Assembly: GCA_964577535.1 (NCBI GenBank)
Contig: CAZNZO010000001.1
Span: forward strand, 68,050-132,049
DNA length: 64,000 nt
Source: an uncultured Oscillospiraceae bacterium
GTDB lineage: Bacteria > Bacillota > Clostridia > Christensenellales > CAG-314
Direction: 5' to 3'
Below are positions 9,545-19,991 of the stretch, piece by piece (positions within the stretch are counted from its first letter, which is position 1; each line of letters opens with the position of its first letter). The position numbers and the translations under genes were made by a program. The notes beneath the pieces were generated by a model. It did no database searches, was not told the DNA's origin, and saw nothing but the letters and a program-made list of their open reading frames with translations.

Positions 9545-11026
9545 CTATCTGCACCTTGCTTGGCGAACGGCATGCGCCCAACCCTCAACAAGTTGCAAAC
9601 GTTGTTTTTCGTCCATGGACGGGCAAAATTCCCTATCCACCTTGATGTTGGCACGAATGTCGTCCACGTCCTTCCAGTAGCCTATGCACAATCCTGCCAA
9701 ATAGCAAGCGCCAAGTGCCGTTGTTTCGGTAACTTTGGGGCGCACAACAGTTGCATTCAAAATGTCTGCTTGGAATTGCATCAGGAAGTTGTTTGCGCTG
9801 GCTCCGCCGTCCACGTTTAGGCTGCGAATTTTAACTCCGGCATCGCGTTGCATGGAAGTTACCAAATCGTAAACCTGATAGTCGATGGCTTCCAATGCGG
9901 CACGAATGAAGTGTTCCTTTTTTGTGCCACGGGTAACGCCGGTTATGGTGCCGCGTGCTTCTGCATCCCAATAGGGTGCGCCAAGCCCAGTGAAGGAAGG
10001 AACGATATACACGCCGCCAGTAGAGGGCACTTTTGTTGCGTAGTTTTCCGTTTCGGCCGCTTGTTTTATCATGCGCATTTCGTCACGAAGCCATTGGTTG
10101 ATTGCTCCGCCGATGAACACGCTGCCTTCCAAAACATAGGGCGGTTTTTCTTCCAAACTTGCGCCCAGCGTTGTTACCAAACCGTTGTTGGATTTAACGG
10201 CTTTATCGCCGGTGTTCATAAGCAAGAAACAACCGGTGCCATAGGTGTTTTTGACGTCTCCTTCGTTTACGGCAAGATGTCCGAACAATGCCGCTTGTTG
10301 GTCGCCAACAACACTGCAAATGGGAATTTCTCGGCCGATAAACGTTTCGTCGGTGCATCCGTAGTTATATCCCGAAGGATGCACTTCCGGCAACATGCAC
10401 TTTGGAATGTCGAACAATTTTAGCAAATCGTCGTCCCATTGCAAAGTGTGAATGTTGAACAGCATTGTTCTGCATGCGTTTGTGTAGTCGGTGGCGTGAA
10501 TTTTGCCGCGAGAAAGTTGCCACATAAGGTAGGTATCCACCGTTCCGAACAGCAATTCGCCCTTTTCGGCACGTTCGCGCACGCCTTCGACGTTATCCAA
10601 AATCCACTTAATTTTGGTTGCAGAAAAGTATGCATCCAACACTAGGCCGGTTTTTTCGTAGATCATATCGGAAAGCCCTTGCGCTTTTAGTTGCTCGCAA
10701 TAGTCGGCGGTGCGTCTGCACTGCCAAACAATAGCGTTATACACGGGTTTTCCGGTGTTTTTATCCCACACGAAGGTTGTTTCGCGTTGGTTGGTGATGC
10801 CGATAGCCGCAATATCCGCTGCCGAAACGTTTGCACGAATAAGCGATTCCACAATCACGCCCACTTGCGAACCCAAAATATCGTGAGGATCGTGTTCCAC
10901 CCAACCGGGTTGGGGGTAAATTTGTTGAAACTCTTGTTGAGCCTTGCCAACTATTTGCCCTTGCTTGTCGAAAACGATTGCGCGAGAACTAGTTGTGCCT
11001 TGGTCTAACGAAAGAATGTATTTCAT
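9545..11026 (-). CDS. glpK: Glycerol kinase
   Basis: [50 protein letters not shown]. Confidence 0.97.
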   Translation of the reverse strand: MKYILSLDQGTTSSRAIVFDKQGQIVGKAQQEFQQIYPQPGWVEHDPHDILGSQVGVIVESLIRANVSAADIAAIGITNQRETTFVWDKNTGKPVYNAIVWQCRRTADYCEQLKAQGLSDMIYEKTGLVLDAYFSATKIKWILDNVEGVRERAEKGELLFGTVDTYLMWQLSRGKIHATDYTNACRTMLFNIHTLQWDDDLLKLFDIPKCMLPEVHPSGYNYGCTDETFIGREIPICSVVGDQQAALFGHLAVNEGDVKNTYGTGCFLLMNTGDKAVKSNNGLVTTLGASLEEKPPYVLEGSVFIGGAINQWLRDEMRMIKQAAETENYATKVPSTGGVYIVPSFTGLGAPYWDAEARGTITGVTRGTKKEHFIRAALEAIDYQVYDLVTSMQRDAGVKIRSLNVDGGASANNFLMQFQADILNATVVRPKVTETTALGACYLAGLCIGYWKDVDDIRANIKVDREFCPSMDEKQRLQLVEGWAHAVRQARCR

Positions 11027-11059
11027 GTTATTTTCTCCGTTGGTAGTAAATTTATAAAA

Positions 11060-11422
11060 CTACTTTGCTTGCACGTTTTTGGTAACGACAAAATCCACAC
11101 CGCAACCGCAAACATTTGCAACGGCCACGTCGCCAATTGCAACGGGCGCAGTAAGCGTTACGCTTTTTAGCGCTTCCAAACTTTGGAATATCAGTTGTTT
11201 GGGGATAGCTTCGCGGGTTTTTACCGAAACCATTTCTATTGTGCCGCCAGCAACGCGCACCGAACCGGTAACCATGCGTTTGGGCGCCGTAACTTCGTTT
11301 ACGGCATAGGTGACGCCACGAGGACAGGTGTTGCCTGTAACCACTATGTTGTTTTTGTCGCTATCGTCCACGGAAAGATGACACCCCATGGGGCAATTGA
11401 TACAAATCATTTCTCTTGCCAT
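11060..11422 (-). CDS. DUF1667 (CxxCPxGC) small subunit associated with G3P dehydrogenase
   Basis: CINCPMGC and GNTCPRG motifs; usual position after the two flavoproteins. Confidence 0.85.
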   Translation of the reverse strand: MAREMICINCPMGCHLSVDDSDKNNIVVTGNTCPRGVTYAVNEVTAPKRMVTGSVRVAGGTIEMVSVKTREAIPKQLIFQSLEALKSVTLTAPVAIGDVAVANVCGCGVDFVVTKNVQAK

Positions 11423-11425
11423 AAC

Positions 11426-12691
11426 CTATTCTCCTTTTATAAGGGTAATTTCCACGTCGTTGGCGTTTTTAAGCGTCTTCATTTGTTCCGCCGTCAAAAC
11501 AACGTTTTCCATTTCGCCAGGGGCAACTACGGGGCGTTTGCGGCCATAAACCTTAACACCATCGGCAAACACGGCAAGTTCGACCTTTTTGAACACGTTT
11601 GCAACACGCATTTTGAAACTTTGGTTTGCATAAACTTGGTCTTTGTTAAGCACTGTGGGCACGCAATAGCGCACTCCGTTTGTGCAACGAATGGTAAGTT
11701 TTTCCTTGCAGGGTGTTGCGCCTTTTACGTATTCCGCCGCACATTTGCCGGCATTTTCGCTTTCGGCAGACACAAAGTCTACCAAATCGTGAACGTGCAA
11801 AACGTTGCCACATTCGAACACGCCGTCCACGCTTGTCATAAGGTTTTCGTCCACCACTGCGCCGCCGGTGACTGTGGAAAGCTGCACTTGCGCATTTTTT
11901 GCAAGTTCGTTTTCTGGCAACAATCCTACGGAAAGCAACAACGTGTCGCACGGAATGGTGACGGCCGTTTCCATTTTGGGTTGCAAGCGTTCGTCCACTT
12001 CGGCAACGACAACGCCTTCAACACGGTCACGTCCCTTGATATCCACCACCGTGTGCGAGAAATACAATGGAATATCGAAGTCGTTCAAACACTGAACAAT
12101 GTTTCTGTTCAAGCCGGACGAATAAGGCATAAGTTCCACAACGGCCTTTACGTGTGCGCCTTCGAAAGTCATTCGGCGCGCCATGATAAGGCCGATATCG
12201 CCACTACCCAAAATTACAACTTCTTTTCCGGGCAAATACCCGTCGATGTTGACAAGTTTTTGCGCTGTGCCTGCGGAAAATACGCCTGCTCCACGCATAC
12301 CGGCAATGTTAATTGCTCCACGGGGACGCTCTCTGCAACCGCAGGCAAGAATAACTGCCTTGGCTTGCAATTGCACCAAACCGTCCTCTGCGGAAACGTA
12401 GGTTACAACTTTTTGCGTGGAAACGTCAATAACGGTGGCGTTGAGTTTATACAAAATGTTGCGTTCTTTAACTTGCTCTACGTAGCGAGCGGCATATTCG
12501 GGGCCGGTTAGTTCCTCCTTGAAGGTGTGCAAACCAAATCCGTTGTGAATGCACTGGTTCAAGATGCCGCCCAGCTCCGGTTCGCGTTCCAAAATTATTA
12601 TGTCGCGTTCGCCGCAATCGTAGGCCGCTTTTGCCGCAGCAAGCCCGGCAGGGCCGCCGCCAACTATAACAACGTTAACGTTTTTCATCAT
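11426..12691 (-). CDS. NAD(P)/FAD-dependent pyridine nucleotide-disulfide oxidoreductase (G3PDH module)
   Basis: GGGPAG, LGGILNQCIHNGFG, GSGDIGLIMARR, CGNVLHVHDLVD. Confidence 0.9.
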   Translation of the reverse strand: MMKNVNVVIVGGGPAGLAAAKAAYDCGERDIIILEREPELGGILNQCIHNGFGLHTFKEELTGPEYAARYVEQVKERNILYKLNATVIDVSTQKVVTYVSAEDGLVQLQAKAVILACGCRERPRGAINIAGMRGAGVFSAGTAQKLVNIDGYLPGKEVVILGSGDIGLIMARRMTFEGAHVKAVVELMPYSSGLNRNIVQCLNDFDIPLYFSHTVVDIKGRDRVEGVVVAEVDERLQPKMETAVTIPCDTLLLSVGLLPENELAKNAQVQLSTVTGGAVVDENLMTSVDGVFECGNVLHVHDLVDFVSAESENAGKCAAEYVKGATPCKEKLTIRCTNGVRYCVPTVLNKDQVYANQSFKMRVANVFKKVELAVFADGVKVYGRKRPVVAPGEMENVVLTAEQMKTLKNANDVEITLIKGE

Positions 12692-14118
12692 TTAGTCCTC
12701 CCCACCACAACTTGACTTTCGCCGCCACGCTTGGTGACGTCTTGCATGTCGCACCCAAGTTCGCGCGAAATAATTTCCATTATGCGCGGTGTGCAGAATC
12801 CTGCTTGGCAACGTCCCATTCCGGCACGTGTGCGCCTTTTTACGCCGTCCAAATCCTTTGCGCCAACAGGGCGACGAATGGAATCGACAATTTCGCCCTC
12901 GGTGACCATTTCGCAACGACAAACAATTTTGCCGTAGAGCGGGTTTTGATCGATAAGTTTTTCCCTTTCGGCGTTAGAAAGCTTGGAAAATTGCGGAATT
13001 GCTTTGCGGTGCGCTTGGAAATGCGCCTTTTGGCTTAGTTGCAATTTTTCCGCAACCATTTGCGCCACGTCCACTGCAATGGCAGGCGCGCAGGAAAGGC
13101 CGGGGCTTTCGATACCGGCAACGTTGAAGAAATTTTGAACACTGCTTTCGCCAATGACAAAATCGTCGCCGTCCAGGTGTGCACGCAAGCCGGAAAATTG
13201 TGTGATAATGTTGCGTCTTGCAAGCGTGGGCACCGTTAGCAATGCAGTGTTGAATGCAGAGTTGAGTTCGTCGGCCGTTGTGTTAACGTCGTCCTTATCC
13301 AAAACGTCGGTAGCTGTTGGGCCAACCAAAATATTGCCGTGTGTCGTCGGCGTCACCAAAATGCCCTTGCCCATTTTTGTGGGAAGTTGGAACAAAGTGT
13401 GATCCGCCAAATATCCGCACGTTTTATCCATCAAAACGTAGTCGCCTTTGCGTGCCGTGATGTGTAATTTTTCTTGGCAAACCATGTTGTTTATGGCATC
13501 GGCAAAAACGCCGGCACAGTTAACCACCACTTTTGCATTGTGGATAGAACCGTCTGCGCATTTAACAACAAAGCCGCCTTCCGCTTTTTCCACGGCAACA
13601 ACTTCCGATTCAAAACGGAATTGCACGCCGTTTACTGCGGCGTTTTCGGCATAGGCCACGCACATTTCGTATGGCGAAACAATGCCGCCGCTAGGCACAA
13701 CCAAAGCCGCCACCGCTTGTTCGGAAACGTGGGGCTCCAGCTTTCTTATTTCGTCGTTGCCTTCGGCTATATACAGCCCGCTTACGCCGTTTTGCACACC
13801 GCGGTTATATAGTTCAGTCAAACCGTCCTTTTGCGACGGGTCGAAACACAAAACCATTGAGCCGTTGCGACGGAAAGGAAATTCCAATTCCTTGGAAAGT
13901 TCGTCGAACATTGCGTTGCCACGCACGTTATAAAGTGCCTTTTTTGTGCCTGGCTTGGCATCGTAGCCGCCGTGAACAATTCCGCTGTTGGCCTTTGTGG
14001 TTCCCACGGAAACGTCGTTTCCGCGTTCCAACACCAAAATTTCGGCGTTGTACCTAGCAAGTTCTCGAGCGATGGAACAACCAATCACGCCACCGCCGAT
14101 AACGATTACGTCTTTCAT
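12688..14118 (-). CDS. FAD-dependent glycerol-3-phosphate dehydrogenase-like oxidoreductase with C-terminal BFD-like [2Fe-2S] domain
   Basis: GGGVIG, TTKANSGIVHGG, GIESPGL, VCRCE...RAGMGRCQAGFC; in an operon with glpK. Confidence 0.88.
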   Translation of the reverse strand: MKDVIVIGGGVIGCSIARELARYNAEILVLERGNDVSVGTTKANSGIVHGGYDAKPGTKKALYNVRGNAMFDELSKELEFPFRRNGSMVLCFDPSQKDGLTELYNRGVQNGVSGLYIAEGNDEIRKLEPHVSEQAVAALVVPSGGIVSPYEMCVAYAENAAVNGVQFRFESEVVAVEKAEGGFVVKCADGSIHNAKVVVNCAGVFADAINNMVCQEKLHITARKGDYVLMDKTCGYLADHTLFQLPTKMGKGILVTPTTHGNILVGPTATDVLDKDDVNTTADELNSAFNTALLTVPTLARRNIITQFSGLRAHLDGDDFVIGESSVQNFFNVAGIESPGLSCAPAIAVDVAQMVAEKLQLSQKAHFQAHRKAIPQFSKLSNAEREKLIDQNPLYGKIVCRCEMVTEGEIVDSIRRPVGAKDLDGVKRRTRAGMGRCQAGFCTPRIMEIISRELGCDMQDVTKRGGESQVVVGRTK

Positions 14119-14211
14119 ATATCCTCCTAAAATAACGTGTTTTGCAAAAAGTTGCGCTGCAAAAACCCTTTTTTAAATTGCTAATTTTGCAGCCAGACCT
14201 TACGTTTACTT

Positions 14212-14246
14212 CAAAACATCCCCTGCACAATCGGCAGGGGATGTTG
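14212..14246 (-). terminator. Strong hairpin between the hydrolase and the G3PDH gene
   Basis: AACATCCCCTGC-7 nt-GCAGGGGATGTT, ending in a short T-run on the minus strand. Confidence 0.6.
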
Positions 14247-14300
14247 ACAAATCATTTGCAAAACTTTGCCGTTAATAAACTACAATTATAGAACGGGTTT

Positions 14301-16301
14301 TTATGCAAAGAAACCTACATAAGGTTGGGATGCAGCAGTGTTTGCAACTGTGATGATGGTGAACAACAAAGCGTTGATCAATGCGCCCAACCAAGCGTTG
14401 CCGGTGCGTTTATACAATCTTCTGGAAAGAATGGTTGCAATGATAAGCACGGGAACGATGGGGAACAACACGATGTAGGTCAAAGCCATGTCGCCTTGCC
14501 ACAACACGCCGGTGGAACGGAATGTGCCGTATTGAATTGCCATTGCAAGAACAATACCGAACACGTTGAACACTGCGTTGATTGCGATGGTTGCCCATTC
14601 GGGAAGGTTTTTGAAGCTGTAGGTTTGGTTCAAAATGCTGTTGATGAAGTAGAACACGAAGAACACAAGTGCATAGCGAAGCATTGTGGGAAGCATAACT
14701 TCAACTTCGAATACTTTTACGTCCAACGTCCAGAAACGGAAGTCTACCTTCCAAATTGCCCAGTTGATGAACACAACTGCATACATTGCTGTGATAACAA
14801 CTGCTGCAAGCAACAACGTTTTGATGAAGGAAACGAAACCACCTTCGATGCGAGCTGCACGAAGAGGATGTTCGTCGGCGCCTTCGATGCCTTTAACTCT
14901 GTTGATGATGTAGTTAACAAGCCAATTGATGCCGATAACCAACAACGAGAACAATCCGCACACCACTGCCCAAGTTGCAACTGTGCCGGTGGTATCTTGC
15001 GGGAAGTACGTGGTTTGCGAGAACAACAAGGTTTGGAAGCCACTTAGCCAACCGCTGGAAACCCATTGAATGGAGAAGCCACTAAACAACGTGATGATAA
15101 CTGCGCATACCCAGAAGGAAACGTGTTTGCGAATGCCTTTAAGTTCGGGAAGCACTTCGCCAACTTCGCCTTCGGCAACTTCTTTCTTTTTCAAACTTGC
15201 AAAGAAAGGAACAGAGAGAAGAAGGTCTACCAAGGGAAGAACCAATCCAAAGAAACCAACAAGTCCAAAAGTGGAGAACAGTTCTTTAACAACCCAAGTT
15301 TGTCTGCCTTCGGCAATATATTCGTGACCGTTGGGGGTTCCGAATGCTGTGTAGAAGAAGTTTGTTACGTAGCCGGCACTTTCAACCGAGAAGTGGTTCA
15401 AGGGGTGAATTTCGTCTGCTTCGTAAACAACGCGGAAAGCTCCGCTAGCGGCTTGTCCGCCAGCAACGCTAACAAGAGAACCACCAATATAGATGCCGCC
15501 GTTTTTGATATCGATAGCATCGGCAGTTTCGCCGTAGCCAGTAACGCCAACAAATTTTGCAGCGCCTGTGGATTGAAGGAATTGTCTGCTAATGGACGGA
15601 GTGCCATCTGCCAACGTGCTGTTGAAGAAGAATTCGTCGTCCATTGCTTTCAACATACCAACGGAAACGCCGGGGCCAGCCATAATGAAGGTGCTCCAAC
15701 CTTGCATCAAACCTGCGGAAACAAGTCCCAAACCGGTGCCTTTGGAGTGATTTGCTTCGTTGTAGATATCCGACATAAGAGTAGACATTGTTGTGTAGCC
15801 ACCCATGGAGTGTCCGGAAATACCAATCTTGGTAAGATCTACGTATTCTTGCAAAGCAAGATACTTAACTGCTTCGTACATACCAGACGTGTTCATCATT
15901 GCGCTGGTAGCACTGGAAATTTCGTTGTTGCCGTGGCCGCCGCGGTCGATGGTTAGCACTACGAAACCTCTGCGAGCAAGTTCAATTGCGTTTTGAAGTT
16001 GCAATTCGCGGTTGTTCAAATAGCCGTGGGTTAACACCACTGCGGGCAGTTTGTGTGTTGCCGAAGCATCTTTTGGTACAAACAAAATGCCGCTGGCAAC
16101 GGTGCCTCTAACCGAAACTTCCGGACCTTCGCCGAAGTTGGTTTTAACCTTGCCATTGAAAGATTCGTCGCGTAGGTCGGTGACCGAAACTCTAAACGCG
16201 TCGCTTTGAATCATGCTTGCGCAAAAACTAGATAACAGTATCAAAGCCAATGCAGCACCAAGAATGATCAATGCAATCTTGTGTTTTCTGAAGTAGTTCA
16301 T
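14301..16301 (-). CDS. Polytopic membrane alpha/beta-fold hydrolase
   Basis: N-terminal TM, THGY oxyanion motif, GHSMGG nucleophile elbow, then about 9 hydrophobic helices; ATG at 16301 after AAAGGAGG. Confidence 0.8.
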   Translation of the reverse strand: MNYFRKHKIALIILGAALALILLSSFCASMIQSDAFRVSVTDLRDESFNGKVKTNFGEGPEVSVRGTVASGILFVPKDASATHKLPAVVLTHGYLNNRELQLQNAIELARRGFVVLTIDRGGHGNNEISSATSAMMNTSGMYEAVKYLALQEYVDLTKIGISGHSMGGYTTMSTLMSDIYNEANHSKGTGLGLVSAGLMQGWSTFIMAGPGVSVGMLKAMDDEFFFNSTLADGTPSISRQFLQSTGAAKFVGVTGYGETADAIDIKNGGIYIGGSLVSVAGGQAASGAFRVVYEADEIHPLNHFSVESAGYVTNFFYTAFGTPNGHEYIAEGRQTWVVKELFSTFGLVGFFGLVLPLVDLLLSVPFFASLKKKEVAEGEVGEVLPELKGIRKHVSFWVCAVIITLFSGFSIQWVSSGWLSGFQTLLFSQTTYFPQDTTGTVATWAVVCGLFSLLVIGINWLVNYIINRVKGIEGADEHPLRAARIEGGFVSFIKTLLLAAVVITAMYAVVFINWAIWKVDFRFWTLDVKVFEVEVMLPTMLRYALVFFVFYFINSILNQTYSFKNLPEWATIAINAVFNVFGIVLAMAIQYGTFRSTGVLWQGDMALTYIVLFPIVPVLIIATILSRRLYKRTGNAWLGALINALLFTIITVANTAASQPYVGFFA

Positions 16302-16754
16302 TATTTTTCCTCCTTTATTTATTCCAACGTCCATTCACTAGAACGTTAAAAACAAAACTTGTGGGCAACTGTCGCAAATGCGACAATGCCAAAACTAAAA
16401 CAAAAGCAAAAAACAAAAACACTTTGTTCGGCCGCTTGTCGGCCAATGTTCACAAAACTTCTGCGGCATACTTGCCGACTGAAAACATTGCTGTTTGCGT
16501 TCCTTAGACGGAACGTCAAAAAGCTTGCAATAAGACAATAAATATTATTATTTACGCCCTGTAACTATGGGATTACCATATCACAACTAAACGCAAATTT
16601 CAAGAGCAAATTTTTTGCTATATAACATATTTATAGCATATTTGGCACTTTGCAATGAAAATGTAGAAAAAAGTTGAAAAAAGACAAAAAAAGGTGCCCT
16701 ATTGCGGGGCAAAAAAGCAAAAAAAATAGGGGCAAAGGATGGAATTTTTTCATG

Positions 16755-16783
16755 AAAAAAGCGCTCGACCAACATCGAGCGCC
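16755..16783 (-). terminator. Intrinsic terminator of the tmk-holB-PSP1-phosphoesterase operon
   Basis: GCGCTCGA-loop-TCGAGCGC followed by a T-run on the minus strand. Confidence 0.7.
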
Positions 16784-16788
16784 TTAAC

Positions 16789-17337
16789 TTATAATTGTTG
16801 AGATAGCAGCGTTTTGCCATCGAAATCGACAATGCAAACGCTTGTTTCGTCGATAATGCAAAATGCGGGCACGTCTTGCTTAGGCAATGCGCAACTGCTA
16901 ACGTTAACGCAAACAACGCCGTTGACGTTGCAAATTTCGTTCTGGTGAAAATGCCCATAGACAAGCAAATCGCCTTCTTTTAGGTGTGGCAATGCATTTT
17001 TGTTGTGAACGTGACCGTGAGTGAAAAACACTCTGCGCAAATTTTCGCCATTTTTGAAGAAAACGGATGCTTCACTTACAAAATCGAAATTGCTTATCAT
17101 TTGGTCCACTTCGCCATCGCAATTTCCACGAACAACAACAAGCCTATCGGCCACGGTGGAAAGCGTTTCCGCAACTTGCATGGGCGCATATTCCGTAGGG
17201 AAGGGGTTGCGTGGGCCATGGTTGTAGATATCGCCCAAAAGCACCAACACGTCGGCGCCGCTATTTTGGAAACTTTGCACCACTTTTTGCGCCCAAAAGG
17301 CGGAACCGTGCAAATCTGTTGCAACAAAATATTTCAC
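16789..17337 (-). CDS. YfcE/MJ0936-family metallophosphoesterase
   Basis: TDLHGS, LGDIYNHGPRN, RGNCD, THGH, YGHFH. Confidence 0.9.
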   Translation of the reverse strand: MKYFVATDLHGSAFWAQKVVQSFQNSGADVLVLLGDIYNHGPRNPFPTEYAPMQVAETLSTVADRLVVVRGNCDGEVDQMISNFDFVSEASVFFKNGENLRRVFFTHGHVHNKNALPHLKEGDLLVYGHFHQNEICNVNGVVCVNVSSCALPKQDVPAFCIIDETSVCIVDFDGKTLLSQQL

Positions 17338-17340
17338 GGC

Positions 17341-18219
17341 CTATTCCTCCGTTTCGGCGTTTTCTGCCTCGCCCGATTCGGACGGTGCACAGCAAGTGTT
17401 GCAATAGACGGGAGTGATGCCCAATTCTTCCAAAGTGAAACAACGCATTTCCGTTTCTTCTTCGCCCTTGGCAATTTTTACCGTTACAAGCTGACGGATC
17501 ATGTCGGTATCCACCACTTTTCCTTTGCCAGCCGGCGTTTGAATTTCTGCATTGTTTTTGGGCATAAACTTTGCCGTTTGAGAATAGTAATCGTCTTCGA
17601 ACTTCAAACAGCACATAAGGCGGCCGCACAATCCGGAAATTTTTTGAGGATTTAGCGAAAGACCTTGAGTTTTTGCCATTTTTATGGAAACGCGGGCAAA
17701 ATCGTTTAGATAGGCGTTGCAGCAACAAACTCTGCCGCACGGACCCAAACCACCCTTCATTTTGCACTCGTCGCGAATGCCTATTTGGCGCAGCTCTATC
17801 CTCATACGGAAAGTGCCGGCAAGTTCCTTAACAAGGTCGCGAAAATCCACACGACTATCCGCCGTGAAAAAGAACACAACCTTGCTGTTGTCGAATGCAA
17901 ACTCCGCATCCACAATTTTCATTTCCAAATTGCGTTTGTTGGCTTTTTCCTGCGCATCACGAATGGCTTGAGGGCGCTTTTCTTCAATGGTGCGATGTTG
18001 TTGCTCATCCTTTTCGGTAGCCTTGCGCACAACGTTTTTCAATTCGCCCTTAACTTCTTCTTCGGACACTTCGGTGTTAGCCAACACAACCGTGCCATAT
18101 TCCAAACCGTGAGTCGTATCCACAACAACGCCGTCGCCTTGGCAAAAAACCAAGTTTTTGGGGTTGAAATAGTAGGTTTTTCCCGGTTGTTTAAATTGTA
18201 CTCCAACTATATTCGGCAT
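17341..18219 (-). CDS. ricT: PSP1-domain protein (YaaT/RicT, stage 0 sporulation family)
   Basis: RVDFRDLVKELA, RIELRQIG, GPCGRVCCC, ISGLCGRLMCCL; conserved tmk-holB-yaaT order. Confidence 0.9.
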   Translation of the reverse strand: MPNIVGVQFKQPGKTYYFNPKNLVFCQGDGVVVDTTHGLEYGTVVLANTEVSEEEVKGELKNVVRKATEKDEQQHRTIEEKRPQAIRDAQEKANKRNLEMKIVDAEFAFDNSKVVFFFTADSRVDFRDLVKELAGTFRMRIELRQIGIRDECKMKGGLGPCGRVCCCNAYLNDFARVSIKMAKTQGLSLNPQKISGLCGRLMCCLKFEDDYYSQTAKFMPKNNAEIQTPAGKGKVVDTDMIRQLVTVKIAKGEEETEMRCFTLEELGITPVYCNTCCAPSESGEAENAETEE

Positions 18220-19184
18220 CTAAATTTAACCTCCAACATGCAACTTGCCAACTGGTCCATAACAACGGTTGCGTTGCCGCCGTCGTCAAGTCGCCTTTTT
18301 GCGGAATCAATTTTTTCTATGCAAACTTCCGCCGCTTGCAAAGAATAGTTTTCACAAATTTTAAGCACCGTGTCTTTGTGCGAAGGCAACGAACAAAGCG
18401 TTTCCGTCAAACGGAATGCAATGCTTTCCCTAAGCAAAACGGACAAAAAGCGCAAAACCCACTGGACGGATTCCTTTTCCGCAACCACAGGCGCAACAAA
18501 CTGCAATGCGTTTTTGGTGGAAGTCATTTCCGCACACCAATCGACGGCACGCTGAAATGCCCTTATAACAATGGGGTTTGAAACAACGCCTTCCGCAGTT
18601 GCAACGTCACTGCAAACGCAGGATGCCACTTCGCAATAGGAACGCAAGTAACCTTTTTTGCACAACGATTCGCAAATTTCTTGCGGCAAAGCCTTGTTTT
18701 GCTTCAACACCTGACAACGCGAACGAACGGTGGGCAGCAAACTTTCCGCATCGGTTACACCAATGAAAAGATATATGTTTTCGTTTGGCTCTTCCAGCGT
18801 TTTTAGCAACTTGTTTTGCCAAATTTCTGCACCAGTGCCGCTGACGGAATTGCTTGCATCCACCAAAAAAACTCTAACGTCGCCGTCATCAACGGGACGT
18901 TTGTAGCTTTCTTCCACCAGCAACAAAACGTCTGCAACCGAAAGCCTGCCCTTTTGCTCGTCACGCGGGAATTTTAGCACGTCTTGGTGCAAACCCAGCT
19001 GAACTTTTTTGCAAGTTTCGCAGCCGTCCTTTGCCGTGTGATTGTTGCACATGCAAACTTTGGCGCATTGCTTCAACAAATCGGGCAACAGTTGTTTTTC
19101 CGCCGCCACAATGTAGGCATGCGCCGCCTTTCCGCGCGAAAAGGCTTCTCGCAAGCTATCGACGACGCCATTGTTGTTTGTCAT
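18207..19184 (-). CDS. holB: DNA polymerase III delta' subunit (divergent)
   Basis: AHAYI, zinc module C..C...GCETC, QNKLLKTLEEP, LLPTVRSRCQ. Confidence 0.88.
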   Translation of the reverse strand: MTNNNGVVDSLREAFSRGKAAHAYIVAAEKQLLPDLLKQCAKVCMCNNHTAKDGCETCKKVQLGLHQDVLKFPRDEQKGRLSVADVLLLVEESYKRPVDDGDVRVFLVDASNSVSGTGAEIWQNKLLKTLEEPNENIYLFIGVTDAESLLPTVRSRCQVLKQNKALPQEICESLCKKGYLRSYCEVASCVCSDVATAEGVVSNPIVIRAFQRAVDWCAEMTSTKNALQFVAPVVAEKESVQWVLRFLSVLLRESIAFRLTETLCSLPSHKDTVLKICENYSLQAAEVCIEKIDSAKRRLDDGGNATVVMDQLASCMLEVKFRCRI

Positions 19185-19804
19185 TGCAAAACTCCCTTTT
19201 GACGCAACACTTCACGCAATTTTTCTTGCGTTTGTTCCTTGGTGCCGGAAGCATCGATAACAACGAATTTTTCGGGATTTTCCGCTATCAGTTGCTTGTA
19301 GCCGTTATAAACTTTTTCGTGGAAGGAATATTCCACCGCTTCCATTCTGTCCTTTTGGTCGGCTCCACCCTTGCGCTCGAAAGCCTTTTCGGGGGAAAGA
19401 TCCAAAAAGATGGTGAATTCCGGCATGTATTCGCCCACGGCAATTTGGTTTAGGTGAACTATCTTTTCCAAGCCCAAACCACGTCCCAAACCTTGATACA
19501 CGTAAGAAGAGTGCACAAAACGGTCGCAGAAAACAACTTTGCCCTGTTCGATTGCCGGTTTGACAATATCGTGCAAGTGCTGAATGCGCGATGCGGCATA
19601 CAAAAACGCTTCGCACATGTCGTCCATTTCCTTGTTTTCGGCATTCAAAATGATTTTGCGAATTTGTTCCGCAATGTCGCTGCCGCCCGGTTCGCGTGTG
19701 AACACCACGTTTGCGCCCGTTTGCAAGCAATATTCTTTTAGCAGTTGCGTTTGATAGGTTTTTCCAACGCCGTCGCAGCCTTCGATGGTAATAAAGTTTT
19801 TCAT
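19181..19804 (-). CDS. tmk: Thymidylate kinase
   Basis: FITIEGCDGVGKT, TREPGG, CDRF, YQG; ATG at 19804. Confidence 0.95.
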   Translation of the reverse strand: MKNFITIEGCDGVGKTYQTQLLKEYCLQTGANVVFTREPGGSDIAEQIRKIILNAENKEMDDMCEAFLYAASRIQHLHDIVKPAIEQGKVVFCDRFVHSSYVYQGLGRGLGLEKIVHLNQIAVGEYMPEFTIFLDLSPEKAFERKGGADQKDRMEAVEYSFHEKVYNGYKQLIAENPEKFVVIDASGTKEQTQEKLREVLRQKGVLQ

Positions 19805-19879
19805 GTTTTCCCCTTTGTGCATCGGCTTGCCATTTCCCTTAAGGAAGCGGCTAACCGCAAAATTCCAAAAATCCTTTTT

Positions 19880-19908
19880 ATTGTAGCACACTTTTTGCGT
19901 TCTTTCAA
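19880..19908 (-). promoter_or_regulatory. sigmaA promoter of the tmk operon
   Basis: TTGAAA-17 bp-TACAAT with extended TG. Confidence 0.65.
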
Positions 19909-19941
19909 GCCTTTTTAGCAAGGCGTATTTGCTAAACGCCA

Positions 19942-19970
19942 TTGACAAAAACACAAACAAACCGTATAAT
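19942..19970 (+). promoter_or_regulatory. Consensus sigmaA promoter of the MGMT-family operon
   Basis: Perfect TTGACA-17 bp-TATAAT. Confidence 0.8.
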
Positions 19971-19991
19971 ATTTGCCGAAGAGGTGAACGG

